Positions 38,406-47,185 of a DNA stretch of 64,000 nucleotides are shown piece after piece. Position numbers and translations under genes: made by a program. The notes beneath the pieces were generated by a model. It saw only the letters and a list, made by a program, of their open reading frames with translations, made no database searches and had not been told where the DNA came from. Each line of letters begins with the position of its first letter. Within the stretch, counting starts at the first letter, position 1. Origin of the DNA: a virus (taxonomy: Duplodnaviria; Heunggongvirae; Uroviricota; Caudoviricetes); the IMG/VR virus record IMGVR_UViG_3300035696_001272; one strand, 5' to 3'.

Positions 38406-39554
38406 ATGCCTTGTACTAATTTACTCGCTTGTGATGGAAGCTCTTCAGCACCATCCATTGCGTTCAACAGCGATCAGAAGTTGGGATTCTATAGAATCGG
38501 TACCGATCAAATGTCTTTGGTCGATTCTAGCGGAGCCGTAATCAACTTCGGTAATTTTACCACCAACAATATTGTACCGCCTCCATACGGTCCTGACCAA
38601 GTTCGTTATTCTATGAACATGTTCACACAGCCAATCGGCTCTTCTGCCGAAAGTACTGCTGTTTACATGAAGATGAATCACAGCTCTAGTCAAATGGTTT
38701 ATGGTATTTACGGAGAGATTGATTCTAGTCAGGATGGTACTGGCGGATCTTTCACCAAAGTAAACCATCTAGGCGCAGGGGATGCTCACTATGTAGCTCA
38801 CTTCGGAACTGGTGGCATCGGTTACGAATCTGCTTCTTGGGCTAATAACACCACTGGATTCTTGGCTGACGTTCAGATTGCCGGACTATCTAACGCAATC
38901 ATGTTTAATGCTTTGTGGGAGCAAGCTACTATTCCAAACTACGGTTTGTTCGTAGCAACTGCAACTCCAGCTAATGCACTAACCATTTCCAAGTACGACG
39001 ATACCCATGAAGGTAACGTTCAAATCCGCATTACCGAGCCAAACTACGGTTATGATCGTTTTGAAGTGTTCAACAGCGGTCAAGTTAACCAAATTGGTGT
39101 TAACGCCAATTCCACTGTAACTTTGAGCAATGCTCCTGAGCATCGTTTGGTTGCGTCTTACTGGAATGGTACTGCTCCAGTTGCACGGCACGCTGTCATT
39201 GGTCATGCTATGGACAGCACTGCTCCTTCTTCTCACATCTACTTCAAAGTAGGCCCTTACGGTAGTGAACAGTACGCCGCTTTGATGTCACCTGGTTTGC
39301 TTGACCTACAAGGAGCCACCATTGCTAACTGCAATAGTATCCAAAGCACGTCCGCAACAACCATGGTAGCTAACGGTACTGTAGTAGCTCAATTTAGCTA
39401 TGATAGTGTAGATTCTACTGGAGCCTTGGCTCTAAACATTGTATCTACTAACGTAGCTAGCTCTGGTTCAGCTACCTTGCCAGCCAACCCAGTTGGATTC
39501 ATGGTAGTAGACCTAAATGGAACTAACGTTAAGATTCCATACTACGCAGTCTAA
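38406..39554 (+). CDS. fibre/receptor-binding-like virion protein
   Basis: GAGGA RBS before 38406; DGSSSAPSIAF.SD...GFYR N-terminal motif and LPANPVGF...KIPYY C-terminus typical of phage fibres. Confidence 0.6.
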   Translation: MPCTNLLACDGSSSAPSIAFNSDQKLGFYRIGTDQMSLVDSSGAVINFGNFTTNNIVPPPYGPDQVRYSMNMFTQPIGSSAESTAVYMKMNHSSSQMVYGIYGEIDSSQDGTGGSFTKVNHLGAGDAHYVAHFGTGGIGYESASWANNTTGFLADVQIAGLSNAIMFNALWEQATIPNYGLFVATATPANALTISKYDDTHEGNVQIRITEPNYGYDRFEVFNSGQVNQIGVNANSTVTLSNAPEHRLVASYWNGTAPVARHAVIGHAMDSTAPSSHIYFKVGPYGSEQYAALMSPGLLDLQGATIANCNSIQSTSATTMVANGTVVAQFSYDSVDSTGALALNIVSTNVASSGSATLPANPVGFMVVDLNGTNVKIPYYAV

Positions 39555-39574
39555 TTTACAGAACGATAAAATAT

Positions 39575-39613
39575 TGATGCCCAGTGGAGTAATTCGCTGG
39601 GCATTAGTTTTTT
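39575..39613 (+). terminator. intrinsic terminator
   Basis: TGATGCCCAGTGGA-GTAA-TTCGCTGGGCATTA followed by GTTTTTT. Confidence 0.8.
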
Positions 39614-39666
39614 AGGCACTATTCTGATATATCTTTCATAGACCCTATAAACGGGAAGAGGTAGGG

Positions 39667-40527
39667 ATGAAAGCATTAGTTCACAGTGGTGGAGCTGCCA
39701 AAGGAGCCTGGGCTTGTGGCATCATTCAATATTTGCTAGGCGACCTTGAAATACATTACGATATCTTAACAGGCACCAGTGTTGGGGCTATTAATACCTC
39801 CTTCCTAGCTATGTTCAAAGAGGGTGAAGAAAAGGAAGCCGCTAAACTCTTGAAGGATTGGTGGCTAAAACTAGATAATTCTAAGATATACAGGCGTTGG
39901 CCATTTTGGGGCCGAATTGCAGCAGCTTGGCGCAAATCTTTCTACGATAGTACACCATTGCAAACTCTCATTAGGAATGAAGTTGACCTGGAAAAGATAA
40001 GAACGTCTGGCAAGAAGATTGCTGTGGGGGCTCTTAATCTACATACTGGAAAATATGTGGTTTTCGATCAAGATGATGACAATTTTATTGATGCAGTATT
40101 AGCTTCATCAGCTTTTCCAGCTACACTAACTCCGGTTAAGATAAATAATGACCTCTTCATAGATGGTGGAATGAAGATGTTGAGCCCAATCAAAGTAGCT
40201 ATTGAGATGGGAGCTGATGAAATAGATGTTATTACTACTTCACCAGATATAAGGGATAAGAAATTTATAGAAGATCCAAATATAATTGATATTGTTAGAA
40301 GAGCATTCGATGTAGCTACTGATAAAATCTTATCTAATGACATAGAACTGGCCATGATGTATAATAAATTGGCTGAGGCTGGCCTGAGCAACAAAAAACC
40401 TGTTAAATTGCGTATTTTGAGACCTCATTACAACCTTTTGGACAACGTTTTGGACTTTAATCCCGACAAAATACGGGAAATGATGGAAAAAGGCTACAAC
40501 GACGCCAAGACCAATTACATAATGTAA
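39667..40527 (+). CDS. patatin-like phospholipase
   Basis: SGGAAKG oxyanion loop, GTSVG nucleophile elbow, ASSAFP and DGG motifs. Confidence 0.92.
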   Translation: MKALVHSGGAAKGAWACGIIQYLLGDLEIHYDILTGTSVGAINTSFLAMFKEGEEKEAAKLLKDWWLKLDNSKIYRRWPFWGRIAAAWRKSFYDSTPLQTLIRNEVDLEKIRTSGKKIAVGALNLHTGKYVVFDQDDDNFIDAVLASSAFPATLTPVKINNDLFIDGGMKMLSPIKVAIEMGADEIDVITTSPDIRDKKFIEDPNIIDIVRRAFDVATDKILSNDIELAMMYNKLAEAGLSNKKPVKLRILRPHYNLLDNVLDFNPDKIREMMEKGYNDAKTNYIM

Positions 40528-40554
40528 TATTTCTACATACTAAGAGGAGATATC

Positions 40555-40923
40555 ATGGGTGCTTATCCAAACGACAGATCGAACGATCCAAAAGCGGCCA
40601 TCACTTATGGCTTTGATTACAATTTTTTCAAACAGGTGACCCCAGGTTCATCTGGAGCTGGCGTTTTTGGTACAGACTGTGATGTCGTCATCAATATAAT
40701 AGTTCCAACCTACACTGTAACTTTTTGGTTACCGCCTTCTGGTGGCAACTCTGGCACCGTGCAATATTCTTTCAATGGTAACACTATTCATGGGACTCTT
40801 GATGGTGCTGGCTTGACTGCGCCTCAGTTCTTGCAGTTCGACAACAGAGTTATCTCCAAGATTTGGTTTAGCACACAGGCTGGCTCTCCCGTTGTTCGTG
40901 TAGAAGCCTGGGGCGTTAGATAA
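40555..40923 (+). CDS. small beta-rich protein (probable virion component)
   Basis: GAGGAG RBS; ATA-N6-CAT at 40527-40538. Confidence 0.65.
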   Translation: MGAYPNDRSNDPKAAITYGFDYNFFKQVTPGSSGAGVFGTDCDVVINIIVPTYTVTFWLPPSGGNSGTVQYSFNGNTIHGTLDGAGLTAPQFLQFDNRVISKIWFSTQAGSPVVRVEAWGVR

Positions 40924-40944
40924 GTCTGCGATATAGTTAAGTAC

Positions 40945-41268
40945 ATGAGTAAGTTAATTAAGAATAAGTGCGAAATCGAGTCTTGTGAGGTGGTTGACCC
41001 CAAGCTGCTAGAATTGCACCATATCATTGAAAGAACAGAAATTAACACTACCAATCATGATTTCAATTTAGCTATTCTATGTGCCAATTGTCACGCATTA
41101 ACTCATACCGGCCGTCTTAAAATCATTGGAGTTTTTCCTTCTACTAAATTGCCAAATAAGCGTACCTTAGTATACGAGTTGGATGGAAAGCGCAACATCG
41201 AAGATTTAGATACGCCCTATGTAGAGTTTAAAAATAAGTCTTTCAAAATTGGGATAAAGCATGAGTAA
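40945..41268 (+). CDS. small HNH endonuclease
   Basis: CEIESC...LELHHI...NHDFNLAILCANCHALTH. Confidence 0.8.
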   Translation: MSKLIKNKCEIESCEVVDPKLLELHHIIERTEINTTNHDFNLAILCANCHALTHTGRLKIIGVFPSTKLPNKRTLVYELDGKRNIEDLDTPYVEFKNKSFKIGIKHE

Positions 41269-41599
41269 AGTAATAATGGATAGCACCAATCCAGATGATT
41301 TAAGTAACAAAGTTACCAGTGAGGCAGAAACACGCAAGAAGTTTCTCACAGTTGCTCGTTGGGCGGGACGCGAAAGAGATATGCTTTTGATTTTTGCCAA
41401 ATACGATAAGTTACTTCGTAACTGTGAAGATGAAGCTAAGAGAAAAGATATTGGTAAAATTGGGGCAATAGAAACATATAAACTACTAGGAGAATGTTTC
41501 GCATCTCTTAAAGCTGGTGGAGCACTTTCTATTCCGGGGTTAGACTCTAATATGGGTGAACTTTGGGTAGATGGCGAACTAGTATATAAAGGAAAGTAA
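41261..41599 (+). CDS. hypothetical protein
   Basis: 112-aa ORF overlapping the HNH gene. Confidence 0.65.
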   Translation: MSKVIMDSTNPDDLSNKVTSEAETRKKFLTVARWAGRERDMLLIFAKYDKLLRNCEDEAKRKDIGKIGAIETYKLLGECFASLKAGGALSIPGLDSNMGELWVDGELVYKGK

Positions 41600-41833
41600 A
41601 TGACTGACGCAAAGTATTACGGAGAAGTATTGTGGTTCGATCCGAAGAGAGGCTTCGGATTCATTGGTTGGGAAAAAGATGGTGTCAAACAAAAAGATAT
41701 GTTTGTCCATTTCTCTGATGTTGCTTGCGAAGGCTTTAAAACCCTTTACAAACACCAAAAGGTTTCTTTCGATCTTGGTACCAACAAGCGTGGTGATCCA
41801 AAAGCTACCAATGTCGAAATTATGAAGAACTGA
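41600..41833 (+). CDS. cold-shock domain (CspA-family) protein
   Basis: GEVLWFDPKRGFGFI (RNP1), DMFVHFS (RNP2), GFKTL...KATNV. Confidence 0.92.
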   Translation: MTDAKYYGEVLWFDPKRGFGFIGWEKDGVKQKDMFVHFSDVACEGFKTLYKHQKVSFDLGTNKRGDPKATNVEIMKN

Positions 41834-42142
41834 TTACTTCTTAAGAAAAATTTGCACAATCTGTGCCACTAGGGTCAATAGCCCAGTGATAAATAGTACT
41901 TGGATTTTGAACAAATCTCTAGATTGCTTCTCTGATTTTTCTAGAAGTTTATCTATTTTAATATCCATTGCTTCTTGATTGCTTCGTGTATTATTAAGCA
42001 ATGCAATGATCTCTTCATTTTGTCCAGCCACTTCTGTCTCAATTTCAACAGCTTTCTTATTGACTTCTAAAATGATATCAAGATCTCTCCTATTAACTTG
42101 ATCGAGAGGTATTATTTTGTCTTTGTCTTTGTCAGACATCAC
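41834..42142 (-). CDS. coiled-coil protein with C-terminal transmembrane helix
   Basis: IQVLFITGLLTLVAQIVQIFL C-terminus. Confidence 0.65.
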   Translation of the reverse strand: MMSDKDKDKIIPLDQVNRRDLDIILEVNKKAVEIETEVAGQNEEIIALLNNTRSNQEAMDIKIDKLLEKSEKQSRDLFKIQVLFITGLLTLVAQIVQIFLKK

Positions 42143-42324
42143 TCACCTATTTGATTAGACTTTTTACTTTTTCTTTCTCGAATTTTTTCAATAACAGCAT
42201 CACATTTATCGTTGAGTTTTCTATACTCATCAACAGTGGATTGATTAATGCAATCGCAGTCAATTTCTATTTCTGACGTGAGAATTTCAGCAATTACATT
42301 AGCTAATTGTTTACGTGAATGCAT
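42139..42324 (-). CDS. small hypothetical protein
   Basis: 61 aa, coupled to both neighbours on the minus strand. Confidence 0.5.
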   Translation of the reverse strand: MHSRKQLANVIAEILTSEIEIDCDCINQSTVDEYRKLNDKCDAVIEKIRERKSKKSNQIGE

Positions 42325-42325
42325 A

Positions 42326-42748
42326 TTATACCTTCTTGTTGGCTATAGCCCTTTGGATGTCTATTTCAGCTAGATCAGCGTTTTCTTTGGCGTAAAGCTC
42401 ATCTTGCTTCTGCTGATCTTCTTCACTTACTTTCAACTCATCGTATTCCTTCTCTTCAATAACGAGAACGGATCTTTCTCTGGAAGGAATAGCCGCCTCT
42501 CTATAAATTAGAGAATCTTGCTTAACTTGTTCTGGTGGCAAATCACGAACTTTTATTTTATCTCTTTTAGCGAAAATGGATCCTGAATCTCTAGATTTTA
42601 TTAATTGTTCTAGTGTATAACTGTAATGTCTACTATCCAATAGATTAACTGTGGTAAATGCTTTGATATTCAAAGCCAAATCTGCCAAAGTTACATTTCT
42701 TGGACTTCCATTAGTGACCCAAAAAGCTGGTTTTGGAGGAGTTTTCAT
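42326..42748 (-). CDS. hypothetical protein (paralog of the 29922 N-terminal domain)
   Basis: 140 aa; minus-strand ATA-N6-CAT at 42766-42755, 6 nt before ATG. Confidence 0.7.
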   Translation of the reverse strand: MKTPPKPAFWVTNGSPRNVTLADLALNIKAFTTVNLLDSRHYSYTLEQLIKSRDSGSIFAKRDKIKVRDLPPEQVKQDSLIYREAAIPSRERSVLVIEEKEYDELKVSEEDQQKQDELYAKENADLAEIDIQRAIANKKV

Positions 42749-42796
42749 ACTATAATGTAAGTATATTCATAATTCGTCATAATAGCGAGGACTCTA

Positions 42797-43777
42797 ATGG
42801 GCGACAGCGACATCTTAAGTTATACACCAGGTCAACTGGTTACCTTCTACAAGGAAGTCAAAGACGGCTATGATCAACGTACTGATGATGGTTACATCCC
42901 AGTTGTTGCTAGAGTCATTTATCCTGGTCTTACTTTGGCTCCAGGCTATCCACTCAACATGGTTCGTGTGGATGTTGGTCTTTATTATTTCCAATTAACT
43001 CTGCCCTCAGGTGCGTCAGCCATAGGAACTTATTTCGTTGATATCATATTCCTTGATCCGAATACTGGACAGTTATCCAACGATTCTCGACAAATTGTTG
43101 TGACGGCACCATATGGTAACTATGCGGCCTCTTCGTCCAGCGGTAGTCCTACTCCGGTTCCTCCAACTCCTCCACCAAGTGGTGCAACTGGTGTAGCTGG
43201 TGGTGATTTGGCCGGAATGTATCCAAATCCTATCGTTGCTCAAATTCAAGGCATTCCTGTTTCGCCACTCATCCCAACACTTAACCAGTTCTTGCAATGG
43301 AACGGTACGGCTTGGACACCAACTAATTTTCCAGCAGTTCCACCTGTTTTGGATTTGTCATTTCTCTTTGCAAATAATATCGCTACACAAACTATTGCTC
43401 CTGGTGGGGCACAAGTTCAATTTGGTGGAGCATTTGGTTCAATTGAAAATGTTGGAGATCTAATTGCGGTTGAAGGAAACACAACGTTCACGCTTCAGGG
43501 AGGTCACACTTATCGTTTCAGAGGTAACCCAGCCCTCGTAAGTGTAGCTTGTTCTTGGCAGTGGTGGAATGAAACTTTTAATACTGGATTTGGTACAATT
43601 GGCGCCAATATAAGTCCTGCTTTGAGTACAGATGCTGTGGCTTATGCAACGGTTCCTGAAGGAACTGTATACACCATATCATTTAGAATTATTTATGCGC
43701 CTAGTGGTGTTACCGTGGGAGGTAGCACAGTAGGCGGTTTCGTTGGACCATTTATACAAATTGAATCATTGGGTTAA
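42797..43777 (+). CDS. virion protein: Ig-like N-domain plus fibre segment
   Basis: YTPGQ.VTF..EV.DGY.QR.DDGY domain; AGGDLAGMYPNP motif shared with 49166. Confidence 0.7.
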   Translation: MGDSDILSYTPGQLVTFYKEVKDGYDQRTDDGYIPVVARVIYPGLTLAPGYPLNMVRVDVGLYYFQLTLPSGASAIGTYFVDIIFLDPNTGQLSNDSRQIVVTAPYGNYAASSSSGSPTPVPPTPPPSGATGVAGGDLAGMYPNPIVAQIQGIPVSPLIPTLNQFLQWNGTAWTPTNFPAVPPVLDLSFLFANNIATQTIAPGGAQVQFGGAFGSIENVGDLIAVEGNTTFTLQGGHTYRFRGNPALVSVACSWQWWNETFNTGFGTIGANISPALSTDAVAYATVPEGTVYTISFRIIYAPSGVTVGGSTVGGFVGPFIQIESLG

Positions 43778-43817
43778 AAAGAACTCTATTCATAATTTAA
43801 CATGATATTGAGGACTA

Positions 43818-44342
43818 ATGAGCGGTAATTTGTACTATACGCCAGGACAAACAGTTACTTTCTTTCAGGAAGTGCTGGACGGATATCGTCAACGTGTTGA
43901 CGATGGCTATACTCCAGTTATTACTCAAATACTAAATCCAGCTTTCGTACAACTCTCAGGTTATCCTCAAAATATGATTCGATATGATGTTGGTCTGTGG
44001 TATTTCCAATTTAAACTTCCTAGATTGGATAGACATGATCGTGGTCATGATCATTACAGACATTTTGAACATCAAAGACCTGATCTTAAATGTGTAGGTA
44101 GAGATTTTAGAGATGATAGAGATTTCGTGTTCAGGACGCCCAACACACAAGGAACGAGTGAAAGTTTTGGCAATTGTGACGGATATGTGATAGGCACCTA
44201 TCTTGTTGACATTGCCTATCAGAATCCAGATACTGGGCTTATTGTTAATGATAAAAGACAAATAATAGTCTCCGCTCCATTTGGTATGTTCAATGTTTTG
44301 AGCGGCAAAAGATTTGGTTGTTTTCCGGGGAGGGCATGGTGA
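43818..44342 (+). CDS. paralog of the 42797 N-domain with His/Arg/Asp-rich insertion
   Basis: Colinear with 42797 except for an insertion of about 50 aa. Confidence 0.7.
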   Translation: MSGNLYYTPGQTVTFFQEVLDGYRQRVDDGYTPVITQILNPAFVQLSGYPQNMIRYDVGLWYFQFKLPRLDRHDRGHDHYRHFEHQRPDLKCVGRDFRDDRDFVFRTPNTQGTSESFGNCDGYVIGTYLVDIAYQNPDTGLIVNDKRQIIVSAPFGMFNVLSGKRFGCFPGRAW

Positions 44343-45238
44343 GTATCAAAGCACGAGGTGAGTTAATCGACGTAACAGATCAGGTTAACTTAACTGTACA
44401 ATTTAAAGACGCAATGGGTAACCCCGTCAACACGGATTCCTTCCCAACAATTTCTATTGTTCAACCAAGCGGCTTGGTGGCCCTAACTCCAACATCAGCG
44501 GGAGTGCAGCAACTAGGCGAGGGTCTCTATTCCTACGTTTATAGTGTTCCTATCAACGGCCCTTATGGTGTTTTCAACGATATTTGGACTGGTTTCATCA
44601 ACGGATTCAGAGTAGAGACTACTTTCAGCTTCGTAGTTACTCACACACAAGTTCCAGCCATTAACACCGATGGTTTTGCCCACTTGGGAGATGATGTTGG
44701 CTTTCATTACTCTCAGTGTGCCATAATCAATGTTAACAAACTTATCAAGTCTCTTAGAGCCAGACTCAACAGTGCTGGTAAAGCCAAGTCAGTCGATGCC
44801 TATGGTAATACGGTCTACGTTGACTGTGATATTTTCTCAGTAGACATGCTAACTACATTTATTGCTACTGCACTATGGGATTTTAACCAAGTTCCTTACT
44901 TTACTTTCTTCCGATTCGAAGACGATGACTTCGTTGATCAGTTTGGAGAGATTTTGGTAGAAGGAGCCACTCTATACGCTCTAGCTTCCAAAGCTTTGAT
45001 AGAACGTGGTCGTGAATTTCAATTGACAGACAATGGCTTGAACTTCAATCCTCCAACTGTCAGCGAATTGATGCAAACGCAGGTAAGTTCGTTATTGACC
45101 GTATATTGGGACAAACTCAAATACATTAAGAATAGCTTGCGTCCAGCTCCAAGAGGATTGGGTGTCTTCAGCATGAACAGTGCCATCAATCCAGCCTTTG
45201 CTAGATTGCGTCATTTGAGAGCCAGAAGATTGATTTAA
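44336..45238 (+). CDS. putative neck/head-tail adaptor protein
   Basis: GGAGG RBS before 44336; Ig-like N-domain then helical domain LVEGATLYAL...FQLTDNGLNF; called from position and pattern. Confidence 0.55.
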   Translation: MVSIKARGELIDVTDQVNLTVQFKDAMGNPVNTDSFPTISIVQPSGLVALTPTSAGVQQLGEGLYSYVYSVPINGPYGVFNDIWTGFINGFRVETTFSFVVTHTQVPAINTDGFAHLGDDVGFHYSQCAIINVNKLIKSLRARLNSAGKAKSVDAYGNTVYVDCDIFSVDMLTTFIATALWDFNQVPYFTFFRFEDDDFVDQFGEILVEGATLYALASKALIERGREFQLTDNGLNFNPPTVSELMQTQVSSLLTVYWDKLKYIKNSLRPAPRGLGVFSMNSAINPAFARLRHLRARRLI

Positions 45239-45612
45239 TCAGCAGAAGATTTGTAAGTTTTGGTACCAGTTACGGATTCACACTCTGCTTCAACACCTTC
45301 GGAAATAACCCACTCATCAGTCATGTAAGATACGCTAATTCCTGAGAACCAAACATTGGTTGCTCGAATAGTTTCTACTTTATCTTCCACAATAATAATA
45401 TGTACTGGGTATATTTGGGAGTCTACGTGGAATTTGCCATCCTTGAATGTTTCATTCAATCTTTCACGAGAGAGGCGCATTCTGGTTATTTCTAATTTAG
45501 CATTAACAGATGCTGGTTCATTCTCTTGAACAAACTCTTTAATAGTAAGAGATTCAATTGCACCAAGTGCTTGTTTATCACTGGTAAAGATAAGTATATT
45601 TGTAGAAGTCAT
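45235..45612 (-). CDS. truncated paralog of the tail tube protein
   Basis: Colinear blocks with 61061: TNILI, GAIESL/GAVQSM, SQIYP/AQVYP, NVWFSGI/NVWISGI, EWVIS/DWVIT. Confidence 0.8.
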   Translation of the reverse strand: MTSTNILIFTSDKQALGAIESLTIKEFVQENEPASVNAKLEITRMRLSRERLNETFKDGKFHVDSQIYPVHIIIVEDKVETIRATNVWFSGISVSYMTDEWVISEGVEAECESVTGTKTYKSSAD

Positions 45613-45626
45613 ATACTACAAATATA

Positions 45627-46244
45627 TCATCTTTCTGTTTTTCTGCGTTCGTAAGTATGAGTTAAGACTTCTTGCAATGGATTGCCGGCAATCTTCTCGA
45701 ATATTTCTGCTTTCTGTATCAGCAAAGCATTTTTATCAAAAGCAGGCCCAGCTAATGGGAAGGTAACGAAGATTCTATCGTCGCCATGATCGCCTCCCCA
45801 CAATACAAGTTCTGCAATTGAGAACTCCAATGGATGAAACTCAGTCTCCTTGGGCTCTTCCTCAGAGTATGATAAGGTAACATGTGGTTTGAAATCTTTA
45901 TGGACCTTGGAGAATTCGATTTTCTGGTCATCAAACTCTTTTGCTAACTTATCACGTAGCTCATGTAGTTTTTCAGACTCAATTCTAGTAATGACTGGTA
46001 CTTTACCTTCTGGATTTTTAGGGAAACAAGTCACTTTGCTCATCTTAGCTATGAATGGATGAAATTTAGAGACCACTTTGTAGGTAGCTTCCAAAGATTT
46101 AGAGATTTCAGAGATAGGCCATTCGTCGCCAAAATATAGGAGGGTAATGTGTAGTTCCGATAGGCTACTTTTTTCACCGGGAACCTCAATTTGCGACAAT
46201 AAACGACCTGTTTCGTGTGGGATACGTATTCCTAGAAATGCCAT
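45627..46244 (-). CDS. 2H phosphoesterase (LigT/ThpR/Acb1-like)
   Basis: Two HxT motifs (LHITLLY, PHVTLSY) with typical spacing. Confidence 0.88.
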   Translation of the reverse strand: MAFLGIRIPHETGRLLSQIEVPGEKSSLSELHITLLYFGDEWPISEISKSLEATYKVVSKFHPFIAKMSKVTCFPKNPEGKVPVITRIESEKLHELRDKLAKEFDDQKIEFSKVHKDFKPHVTLSYSEEEPKETEFHPLEFSIAELVLWGGDHGDDRIFVTFPLAGPAFDKNALLIQKAEIFEKIAGNPLQEVLTHTYERRKTER

Positions 46245-46280
46245 GTTAACCTTCTAATATGACTATTTAACCATACTTGT

Positions 46281-47171
46281 ATGGCCGAGCAAAAAGAAAA
46301 GAAAATTCCGCTCCCTGCGGTCAAAAAATTACCTTATCAGTCACTAAATCGCATGATTAGAAAAATGCGAGAGTATCTAAAGCAAAATGATGTGGTGAAA
46401 AAGGTATTTGACGAGTATGACGTGGACATCAGTGAAATTGATGAAATACCAATGAGGTTTGGTGAGCTAGACGTATCAGCCAAGACTGATCATGGTGTCA
46501 TTATCTTCAATTACAAACTTTTGACTGATGCAGATTTTTTCAAAGACTTTTCATATGGCGTTCATGAAATGACTCACTGGCTTCAACAAACTACTGGTAA
46601 CAAAGCCACCAAGAGTTCTGACGATGGAAGCTATCTTGATAATCCATATGAGCAAGAAGGATTTCAAAACCAAGTCGAATATATTGCCGAGCAATTTGGT
46701 GAAGATGAAGCGGAGCAATACGTAGACGATTTGTTAGAGCATCATGAAGTGGAATCCAAAAAGGAAATCGAGGAAAAGAAAGATACCTTGATGTCAAAGA
46801 TAGCAAAAAAGAAATTAGTTACCTTTGACTTTGATGCCACTCTATGGGATTACAATGCAAGACAATTTATGGAACCCACTATTAATCTTTTGAAACGTTA
46901 TTTGTCTGAGGGCTATAAAGTGGCTGTAGTCACACATAGAAATAGTCAAGAAGCAAAGCAGGCAAGGCATATGCTGAATAAAATTGGCATTAATGTTCCC
47001 GTTTTATCATGTCCTAGTACTGACATAACATCTCACCATTTGAACAAGAGTGAGGCACTTCTGGCTTTGAAGCCGATTATCCATTATGATGATCGTCCTC
47101 AAGATTTGAAGGAAGCCATATTGGGCGGAATTAAAGTTGTCAAGCCACCTGCACACATACGTAATCAATAA
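46281..47171 (+). CDS. HExxH metallopeptidase-like domain fused to HAD-like domain
   Basis: VHEMTHWLQ...NPYEQE, then VTFDFDATL (DxD), VVT, K and YDD HAD motifs. Confidence 0.7.
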   Translation: MAEQKEKKIPLPAVKKLPYQSLNRMIRKMREYLKQNDVVKKVFDEYDVDISEIDEIPMRFGELDVSAKTDHGVIIFNYKLLTDADFFKDFSYGVHEMTHWLQQTTGNKATKSSDDGSYLDNPYEQEGFQNQVEYIAEQFGEDEAEQYVDDLLEHHEVESKKEIEEKKDTLMSKIAKKKLVTFDFDATLWDYNARQFMEPTINLLKRYLSEGYKVAVVTHRNSQEAKQARHMLNKIGINVPVLSCPSTDITSHHLNKSEALLALKPIIHYDDRPQDLKEAILGGIKVVKPPAHIRNQ

Positions 47172-47185
47172 AATAGAATTATAGT

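Noticed and set aside
39667-46244. Phage-borne CBASS operon (patatin plus 2H enzyme)
   Set aside because: No CD-NTase nearby; the genes are 5 kb apart on opposite strands
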